Assembly: GCA_947632735.1 (NCBI GenBank)
Contig: CANRQG010000002.1
Location: forward strand, 1 to 37,722
DNA length: 37,722 nucleotides
Origin: an uncultured Bacilli bacterium
Lineage (GTDB): Bacteria > Bacillota_I > Bacilli_A > RF39 > UBA660
Direction: 5' to 3'
Part shown: positions 16,069-22,571 of the stretch, in pieces
Layout of the letters: each line of letters opens with the position of its first letter
Numbering within the stretch: the first letter of the stretch is position 1
Translations under genes and position numbers: made by a program
The notes under the pieces: model-generated
Database searches by the model: none
What the model was told of the DNA's origin: nothing
The model's input: the letters and a program-made list of their open reading frames with translations, nothing else

Positions 16069-17094
16069 ATGAATGTAATAATATGTAATGAACAGCAAGA
16101 AAGATTATCCACATTAGATGTGGATATAATAAAAAATATTACTGGTATATTTGAGCCAATAGAAATAGTAGAAATGTTTAAAAACTTTTTCTACAGTAAA
16201 ATGATAATAGATGTTACCGCTATCAAGCATTATACAGAAACAAAAAGTTATGAAATTATTTCTAAAGGACTAGATCCTGATAAAATAATTTTTTATTTGC
16301 CAGACGGTAGTTCCCTATGTACGCCTAGTTTCTTAGCGAATTTAGTTAAGTTAGGTATATATAATTTTACGACTAATTTAGATGGTATAAAAATTTTATT
16401 AAAAAGGTCTAATACTTTAAAAGATGTTGAAAGCATAGTAAAACTCGGAAGAGAAACAACCAATTATACTAGTTTTTCTACATCCAGTACCAGCGATTCT
16501 GTTGCCACTCAAAGTTATAGCAGTAATTCAATTGTTATAGGCTTTAAAAATGTAACTGATCACGCAGGTGCTACTACTCTAATTTATATGTTAAAAAAAG
16601 AATTAGATTCTTCTTTAGGTAAGAATGCTACCGTAGCAATAGAAGTAGATAAAAATGACTTCTACCTATTTAATGATAAAGATATGATATCTACTAGGTT
16701 ATCAGATGTAAGAGCAGCAATTACAAAATTAAATAAAAAAGTTGTTCTAATAGACTTAAATAATTCTAGTGATACTGGTATGTGTTCAGCTGTATTTTAC
16801 TTAGTTGAACCTAGTACTTTAAAGTTAAATAAATTAATTAGAAGAAATAAATCAGTTTTTATGAATTTGAAAAATAATAAAGTTGTTCTTAATAATAGTA
16901 TGCTCGCAACGAATGATATAGCTGATTTTGAAAATGAAGCTAATATTAAAGTTTTTTTCAATATACCGCCACTTGATGAAAGAAAAAGGAATGGTATATT
17001 AAATGATTTTTTAGTTAAAATAGGCTTACTAGACAAGCCTATATCCCAGTTTAAAGGTAATTCAGGAAAAATATTTGGCTTATTTAGACGATAA
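16069..17094 (+). CDS. TadZ/CpaE-like protein (receiver-like N-domain plus ParA/MinD-like domain with degenerate Walker A)
   Basis: 341 aa. The N-terminal beta-alpha pattern (VIICN...MIIDV...IIFYL...LGIYNF) is receiver-like. In the C-terminal half, IVIGFKNVTDHAGATTL occupies the KGGxGK(T/S) position (nt 16543-16578). VVLIDLNN and AVFYLVEPS match the ParA/MinD layout. Confidence 0.45.
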   Translation: MNVIICNEQQERLSTLDVDIIKNITGIFEPIEIVEMFKNFFYSKMIIDVTAIKHYTETKSYEIISKGLDPDKIIFYLPDGSSLCTPSFLANLVKLGIYNFTTNLDGIKILLKRSNTLKDVESIVKLGRETTNYTSFSTSSTSDSVATQSYSSNSIVIGFKNVTDHAGATTLIYMLKKELDSSLGKNATVAIEVDKNDFYLFNDKDMISTRLSDVRAAITKLNKKVVLIDLNNSSDTGMCSAVFYLVEPSTLKLNKLIRRNKSVFMNLKNNKVVLNNSMLATNDIADFENEANIKVFFNIPPLDERKRNGILNDFLVKIGLLDKPISQFKGNSGKIFGLFRR

Positions 17095-17098
17095 ATAA

Positions 17099-17128
17099 TT
17101 GACAAGAATTACTATTTAATATTATAAT
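17099..17128 (+). promoter_or_regulatory. sigma-A type promoter for the first VirB2/pilin-like gene
   Basis: TTGACA (17099-17104), an 18-nt spacer, then TATAAT (17123-17128). Confidence 0.6.
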
Positions 17129-17150
17129 GTTAAAAGAAGGAGAGGTTTTT

Positions 17151-17459
17151 ATGAATACAGATGCCTGCGGTGGATTAGGTCCAATAGTAAGTGTTATAAA
17201 AAGAGGTATTTTTCCACTAGTTCAAATTGGTATTCCAATACTTTTAATTGTTTTTGGAACAATTGATTTAGGTAAAGCCGTTATTTCTAGTGATGAAAAA
17301 GAAGTAAAACAGGCTCAAGGAAGATTAATTAAACGTTTTATTTATGCAGCTGCCGTATTCTTTGTAGTTACTCTTGTTTCTGTAGTTATGGGTATCATAG
17401 CTAAAGGTGGAGAAGGAGATACTACTAGTTGGCAGTCTTGTTGGAACTCAATTGAGTAG
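17151..17459 (+). CDS. pilin-like conjugal-transfer (VirB2/TrbC-like) small membrane protein, paralog 1
   Basis: ATG 17151 follows AAGGAGAGG, and the ORF-track start at 17127 has no RBS. It is 102 aa with two hydrophobic helices flanking DLGKAVISSDEKEVKQAQGRLIKRFIYAAAVFFV. It is a clear paralog of 19034..19537. The pattern recalls the pilin-like conjugal-transfer proteins of Firmicutes/Mollicutes ICEs (from memory). Confidence 0.5.
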   Translation: MNTDACGGLGPIVSVIKRGIFPLVQIGIPILLIVFGTIDLGKAVISSDEKEVKQAQGRLIKRFIYAAAVFFVVTLVSVVMGIIAKGGEGDTTSWQSCWNSIE

Positions 17460-17460
17460 T

Positions 17461-17490
17461 AAATAGCAAAGCTTTGCTATTTTTTTTTTC
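17461..17490 (+). terminator. rho-independent terminator
   Basis: atagcaaa (17463-17470) pairs with tttgctat (17473-17480). A 9-10 nt T-run follows. Confidence 0.75.
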
Positions 17491-17509
17491 AAAAAATTAA
17501 TTTACCCCA

Positions 17510-17538
17510 TTGCTCAAAGCAAACGAATGTATTATAAT
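17510..17538 (+). promoter_or_regulatory. candidate sigma-A promoter upstream of the DUF1016 gene
   Basis: TTGCTC (17510-17515), a 17-nt spacer, then TATAAT (17533-17538). This would give a ~200-nt leader containing two palindromes. Confidence 0.45.
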
Positions 17539-17665
17539 AAAATTGTGGTAGAGATGTATATATGAATGAAAATAAATTAGAAACCATTTCAAATTTTTTG
17601 AAAAAATAATAATTGTATTATACAAAATCACTAGTTGTTTAAAAGCTTTTAGATAACATATTACG

Positions 17666-17683
17666 ATATTGGCAAGCCAATAT
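17666..17683. repeat. 18-bp palindrome (8-bp arms)
   Basis: atattggc aa gccaatat, with perfect arms. Confidence 0.8.
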
Positions 17684-17706
17684 TAGAGTTGATAAAAAGA
17701 GTTTAA

Positions 17707-17734
17707 TAATTTTGCAGACGCGTCTGCAAAATTA
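17707..17734. repeat. 28-bp perfect palindrome abutting the RBS of the DUF1016 gene, a possible operator
   Basis: taattttgcagacg|cgtctgcaaaatta. All 14 positions pair. It is centred on an MluI-like acgcgt core and ends 4 nt before AAAGGAGG. Confidence 0.85.
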
Positions 17735-17750
17735 AAAAGGAGGAATTAAA

Positions 17751-18770
17751 ATGTTGGCAACTGAAGTGAAAGATTTTAAAACTACTATAAATGATATAGT
17801 ATCAAAAATCGAAGAAACACAATTAGAAATATTTCAATCAGCCAATGTAAATGTAATGGATTTGTATTTTTATATTGGAAAAGTTATTGATGATAGAGTA
17901 AAATGGGGAAATAAGTTTGTAGAAGAATTATCTATTGAAATAAAACTTAAGTTTCCTAATACTAAAGGCTATTCTCCTAGAAATCTTCATAATATGAGAA
18001 AATATTATTTGTCTGTTAAAGATGATGAAAAATTAAAAGAATATTCTTATAAAATTCCTTGGTCACATAATTCAATAATAATGGATCGAGTTAAGGACAA
18101 TAATCAAAAAATATGGTATATAAAAGAAACTTATAATAATGGTTGGAGTTATGATTATTTAGAAACTCAAATAAGAAGAGACGCATATGGGAGACAAATT
18201 CTTGGTGATAAACCTAATAATTTTAAACTAACACTTCTACAACCGCAAAGCTCTTTAGCAAAAGAAATTATGAAAGACCCTTATATATTTGATGTTGGTG
18301 CACTGCGCGAGAATTTTGTAGAAAGAGATATTGAACAAGCAATGATAGATAGAATTAAGATGACATTGTTAGAATTAGGGAACGGTTTTAGTTTTATTGC
18401 TAATCAATATAGAGTTACAGTTAATGATGAAGAAAATTTTATCGATTTATTGTTTTATCATACGAAATTGCATTGTTATATTGCTATTGAACTTAAAAAT
18501 AAAAAGTTTATACCAGAATATGCAGGAAAAATGAATTATTATTTATCTGCACTAGATGATATGCTAAAAACAGAGCTAGATAATCCATCTATAGGTATTA
18601 TACTTGTCAGAAATAAAAATAAATTAAATGTGGAATATGCATTAAGAGATATAAATAAACCAATTGGAGTTAGCTCATATGAACTATCGGAATATTTGCC
18701 ACCTGAAATCTTAAAACAATTACCAACTGAAGAAGAATTAAATTTGCATATTGATTTAGAAAATAAATAG
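17751..18770 (+). CDS. DUF1016 / YhcG-like PD-(D/E)xK nuclease-fold protein
   Basis: 339 aa. The C-terminal half contains IDLLFYHTKLHCYIAIELKNKKF, a D...E-x-K core as in the YhcG/DUF1016 family from memory. It has a strong RBS and is flanked by ~290 and ~260 nt of non-coding DNA. Confidence 0.65.
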   Translation: MLATEVKDFKTTINDIVSKIEETQLEIFQSANVNVMDLYFYIGKVIDDRVKWGNKFVEELSIEIKLKFPNTKGYSPRNLHNMRKYYLSVKDDEKLKEYSYKIPWSHNSIIMDRVKDNNQKIWYIKETYNNGWSYDYLETQIRRDAYGRQILGDKPNNFKLTLLQPQSSLAKEIMKDPYIFDVGALRENFVERDIEQAMIDRIKMTLLELGNGFSFIANQYRVTVNDEENFIDLLFYHTKLHCYIAIELKNKKFIPEYAGKMNYYLSALDDMLKTELDNPSIGIILVRNKNKLNVEYALRDINKPIGVSSYELSEYLPPEILKQLPTEEELNLHIDLENK

Positions 18771-19033
18771 TGTCATTTTTATTTAAAGAATGGCTATGTA
18801 TGGAAGCAAATGAATATAAAGCTTTTAAAGTTTTTTATAAAGAATCTGTAAGAAATAATATGTCTGATATAGAACAAGAAAACCTGCTAAAAAAGTATAT
18901 ACCTCTTATGGCTAGAACAAAATAAAGAAATTGCAAAACACTAAAATTAACGTAAATAGTAATTGTTTGACATTGCTATTTCCTTTTTCTTTTGATATAC
19001 TTATTATGTTAGATTATTTATGGAGTGGTCTAA

Positions 19034-19537
19034 GTGAAAAAAATACTTGTTTTATTACTACTCACATTGAGCTTTTTTCTTGTTACTCCAAAACAAGTAG
19101 AAGCTTTAGAAGTAAAAGAAATTAATGAAAATTCATTAATTAATTTTCATAGTGTTATAAAAAATAATACTTTATTATTAGACGTAGAAGAGGAAGAAAA
19201 CGTTGACGAATGGATGAATGACTATAATCAAGAACAAAATTGTAGTAATGATGACTCTCTTCTTGGTAACCCAAATGACCCTGACTCAGTTGCCTGGTTA
19301 TTACAAAAAATACTTAATTATACTAGAGTAATTGGACCAATATTAGTAGTAATACTTAGTAGTATTGAATTTGCTAAAGTAATTATTCAAAGTGATGATG
19401 AAGCTATGGGTAAAGCTCAAAAGAAGCTTATTAATAGACTTATTTTAGTAGCGGCATTATTTTTTGTTCCTACTTTAGTTGAACTTATCCTACAAATTTT
19501 TGGAATTACAGGAGATCCAACCTGTGGCATAAAATAA
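19034..19537 (+). CDS. pilin-like conjugal-transfer (VirB2/TrbC-like) protein, paralog 2, with signal peptide and acidic N-extension
   Basis: It has a GTG start after GGAG and is 167 aa. It has a signal peptide (LLLLTLSFFLVTPKQVEA) and an acidic linker. The following region is alignable to 17151..17459 (VIGPILVVILSSIEFAKVIIQSDDEAMGKAQKKLINRLILVAALFFVPTLV). Confidence 0.5.
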   Translation: MKKILVLLLLTLSFFLVTPKQVEALEVKEINENSLINFHSVIKNNTLLLDVEEEENVDEWMNDYNQEQNCSNDDSLLGNPNDPDSVAWLLQKILNYTRVIGPILVVILSSIEFAKVIIQSDDEAMGKAQKKLINRLILVAALFFVPTLVELILQIFGITGDPTCGIK

Positions 19538-19562
19538 TTTAGAAAGTGGAGGTGAACTGAGA

Positions 19563-21725
19563 ATGACAGACTTAAAAAAAGCTGATTTTGTAAGTAACTT
19601 ATTTAGAAGTGTTGGTGCTTTCTTTGCTCGACCAGCATTTTGGTTACTTGGCATAGTTTATCAAATCTTTTTTAACATCTCAACAGCTGACTTATTTAAT
19701 AATGCAACTGTTTTAGGTTTTTATAAAAGAGTTCAGTTAATTATCGGTGTATTTATGATTTTTCAGTTGGCAGTCACTATATTAAAAGGTATAGTTAGTC
19801 CAGACGAAGCCTTTGGTTCAAAATCAGGCTTAGGTACAATAATTACTAGAGTTATTTTTGCTCTTGTTCTATTGACAGTTCTAGTACCAGTAAGTATTCC
19901 AGGAGCAACCACCGAATATGAAAGACAAATAAATAATAATGGTTTGCTTTTTGGTACCTTATATTCTTTGCAGCACCGATTATTATCGAATAATACAATT
20001 GGAAGATTAGTTTTAGGTACGTCAAGTGGCGCCACTAGTGATGGTAGTTCAAACACAGGTCTGACCGGTGCCGATAAACAGGCAGAAGAGCTGTCAAGAT
20101 CTTCCCGAATATTCACTTCAACAGTTCTAAAAGGTTTTGTTCGTATTAATTTAGTGCCTGAAGGAGATCGTCAGGATACATCAGATGGCAAAACTGAAGA
20201 AATGGATAATGATAATAGAGTTTGTAAAGATATCGATGATGATATCTTGTCAGCTTATACTAAAATAGATGCTGATCCAGGTGAAATACTTGACCTTATC
20301 AACGAAAAATGTACTATAAGTAAAAATGAGCCTTGGTATAACGGAAGTAGAGATAAATATGTCTTTGCCGAAAACGTTTTTATTGGAGCTATCGTTGGTT
20401 TTGTATTTGTATTTATTTTACTAAGTTTCTGTTTTGACATTGCCATTCGTGCTGTTAAATTAGCTGTTCTTAGAATAATTGCGCCAATTCCAATAATTAG
20501 TTATATGGACCCAAAAGGTGGTAAAGATGGTGCCTTAAATTCTTGGATAAAAGCTCTTACTTCAACTTATATTGATTTATTCGTAAGATTAGCTGTTATC
20601 TATTTTGTAATATATCTAATTCAAGATATGATAGTAAATGGTGTTGCTATGAACAACGCTAGTGGTATGGTTGGAATACTTTCTGTAATAGCTATTTGGA
20701 TAGGTCTATTTATGTTTGCTAAGGAAGCACCAAAGTTTATTCGTCAAGTTTTAGGTATGAAGGAAGACAGTGGCAAAGGAATATTCGGTGGTTTACGTGG
20801 AGCAGCAAATATAACATCAAGAGCTGCTGCCATAGGCGCAACAGCTCTTGGTGCAGTTGGTTCTTTCAATGCTTCAAGAAGAGCTAGTAAAATGGCCGAT
20901 GACGCAAATGGTGTTACTGAAAAACTAGAAAGTGCCAATTTTGCTAGAAAATTAATGAATAAAGGTAAACACGTAGTTGCCGGCATTTTGGGTGGAGCCG
21001 GTGAAGTAGCAACTGGTGTTAAAACAGCTGCCACTTCAAAAGAACAGCCTCTTTCAAAGACTATGGAAAATATTCAAAAGCGTAATGCTAAAGCTATTTC
21101 TAGAGGAGCAGCAGGCTCTACAACATTTGGGCGTGCTGGAACTAGTATGTATAGATTAGTTGTTGGTGAAGATAAATATGAACAAGAGGCAAGACAAGTT
21201 GAACATCTTAAAGGTATTTCTACAACAGGAAAAGATTTGAAAGAATACCTAGAAGATCGTGCTGTAAAAAAAGGTGGTTCATTAAAGTTGGCTGGCTATA
21301 GGACCGATGCAACAGGAAAAAGAATTGGATTTACTACTACATTAGATGAATGGAAAAATGCATTTGGTATTGCTCAACAACGTGGTAATGCAACCTTCAC
21401 TGTTGCTGGTCAAACCTTTGAAACATTTGGAAGTGAAGCGAAAAGTATTGATGGACAATTAGTAACAGCTGCCGGAAAACAATGGGCTAACATAGAAAAA
21501 AGCAAAGGTGCTAGTATGGATCCGGCACTTAGACAAAAAGTTGAATCATTTGAAGATTCAGGTGGAGCAGCTCAACTTGCTAATCCTGCCGATATATTTG
21601 ATTCTGATGCTGTTAAGAATGTTGCTGTTAAAGCCGGTGGTGATGCTGATAGAATTGAAAGATCTGCAGCTTACCAAAAACATAAGGCAGATCACGGAGC
21701 TACTGGCGGTAATAAGGGAGTGTGA
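19563..21725 (+). CDS. VirB6-like (TcpH/PrgH-position) polytopic T4SS channel protein with long Ala/Gly-rich C-terminal domain
   Basis: 720 aa with multiple TM helices across aa ~20-400 and a hydrophilic ~300-aa C-terminus. It lies immediately upstream of the PrgI-like and VirB4 genes. The call is by architecture and synteny. Confidence 0.45.
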   Translation: MTDLKKADFVSNLFRSVGAFFARPAFWLLGIVYQIFFNISTADLFNNATVLGFYKRVQLIIGVFMIFQLAVTILKGIVSPDEAFGSKSGLGTIITRVIFALVLLTVLVPVSIPGATTEYERQINNNGLLFGTLYSLQHRLLSNNTIGRLVLGTSSGATSDGSSNTGLTGADKQAEELSRSSRIFTSTVLKGFVRINLVPEGDRQDTSDGKTEEMDNDNRVCKDIDDDILSAYTKIDADPGEILDLINEKCTISKNEPWYNGSRDKYVFAENVFIGAIVGFVFVFILLSFCFDIAIRAVKLAVLRIIAPIPIISYMDPKGGKDGALNSWIKALTSTYIDLFVRLAVIYFVIYLIQDMIVNGVAMNNASGMVGILSVIAIWIGLFMFAKEAPKFIRQVLGMKEDSGKGIFGGLRGAANITSRAAAIGATALGAVGSFNASRRASKMADDANGVTEKLESANFARKLMNKGKHVVAGILGGAGEVATGVKTAATSKEQPLSKTMENIQKRNAKAISRGAAGSTTFGRAGTSMYRLVVGEDKYEQEARQVEHLKGISTTGKDLKEYLEDRAVKKGGSLKLAGYRTDATGKRIGFTTTLDEWKNAFGIAQQRGNATFTVAGQTFETFGSEAKSIDGQLVTAAGKQWANIEKSKGASMDPALRQKVESFEDSGGAAQLANPADIFDSDAVKNVAVKAGGDADRIERSAAYQKHKADHGATGGNKGV

Positions 21726-21730
21726 TATAA

Positions 21731-22039
21731 GTGAATTATTTAATTCCTGCTAATACTAAGAAAGGACAATTAATACTAGGTATCTTTAGGCCATTCGACT
21801 TAATCCTCTTTAGTTGTGGTATCTTAGCAACCATTATCTTGCTTGCTTTCTTACCACTTTCATCAACACTAGTTACTATACTAGTCTTAAGTCCTGCTAT
21901 CGTAACTGGCTTTCTCGTTATGCCAGTTCCATATTATCATAATATGCTAAATATTATCGTTGAACTGTATGAGTTTTTGACTAATAGACAAACATATCGT
22001 TGGAAGGGATGGTGTTATAGATATGGCCAAAAAAAATAG
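21731..22039 (+). CDS. PrgI/VirB3-like small membrane protein
   Basis: 102 aa with a GTG start. It has two adjacent TM helices after the short N-terminal IPANTKKGQLILGIFRPFD. It lies directly upstream of and overlaps the VirB4 N-terminal ORF. Confidence 0.5.
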   Translation: MNYLIPANTKKGQLILGIFRPFDLILFSCGILATIILLAFLPLSSTLVTILVLSPAIVTGFLVMPVPYYHNMLNIIVELYEFLTNRQTYRWKGWCYRYGQKK

Positions 22040-22571
22040 TAGTGGTTTTACCGAAGATTGGTTACCTTTGCGAGCAATTCAAAATAATATGATTATCACT
22101 AAAGATAACCAAAAAGTTAGTGGTGTTAAAATAACCCCTCGAAATATTTTTATTCTTGATAATGATATGCAAAATAATATTTTAATTAGTTTAAGAAATT
22201 TTTATAATACTTTGGACTTTGAATTTTGGTTAATAGTAGCGGATAGACCAGTAGATATTTCCGTTTATATGTCACAAATGCAACTATTACTTAATGAAAC
22301 TTCCTCACCAGCTATTAGAAAATTAATTATGCAAGACATTGACAAAGGAGAAACATTTATTCGTAACAATGTTGTTGATACAGAATATTACTTTATGTTT
22401 AAAACCAAAGATGAAGATTTATTGCAAAAAAGAATAAGAATGATGATAAATGGGTTAGCGCAGTGTGGACTTAACGCATCCCAAATTAGTAACTCTGATT
22501 TAAGACTCGTTCTTGAAAACTTCCTAAACGGTGGAAATACAACTGAATTTGGGACGGTGATGCCAGTATGA
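22023..22571 (+). CDS. virB4: VirB4-family ATPase, N-terminal domain encoded as a separate ORF
   Basis: 182 aa. EDWLPLRAIQNNMIITKDNQKVSGVKITPRNIFILD matches the typical N-terminus of Firmicutes VirB4 (PrgJ/TcpF-like) proteins from memory. It ends in an ATGA overlap with the next ORF. Confidence 0.55.
   Translation: MAKKNSSGFTEDWLPLRAIQNNMIITKDNQKVSGVKITPRNIFILDNDMQNNILISLRNFYNTLDFEFWLIVADRPVDISVYMSQMQLLLNETSSPAIRKLIMQDIDKGETFIRNNVVDTEYYFMFKTKDEDLLQKRIRMMINGLAQCGLNASQISNSDLRLVLENFLNGGNTTEFGTVMPV

Noticed and set aside
17562-17609. 15-codon ORF (MNENKLETISNFLKK) in the DUF1016 leader as a leader peptide
   Set aside because: It is too short and has no attenuator-type alternative hairpins that I could pair. 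It cannot be supported from sequence alone.
18800-18925. 41-codon ORF (MEANEYKAFKVFYKESVRNNMSDIEQENLLKKYIPLMARTK) downstream of the DUF1016 gene
   Set aside because: It has no Shine-Dalgarno sequence, and the frame is open upstream without a good start. It looks like a C-terminal gene remnant rather than a functional CDS. I mention it only as a hint of an insertion scar.
18931-19125. 64-aa ORF overlapping the 5' end of the second pilin-like gene
   Set aside because: It starts in the promoter region and runs out of frame through the signal peptide of a better-supported gene. Its translation is non-protein-like.
20744-21034. Antisense 96-aa Ala/Pro-rich ORF (also 19763..20116, 20255..20446, 24256..24573, 24826..25047, 26251..26454) and same-strand alternative-frame ORFs (10206..10427, 21508..21753, 25848..26030)
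   Set aside because: They reflect the Ala/Gly-rich codon content of the VirB6-like and hydrolase genes. They are embedded in longer motif-bearing ORFs and have no RBS.
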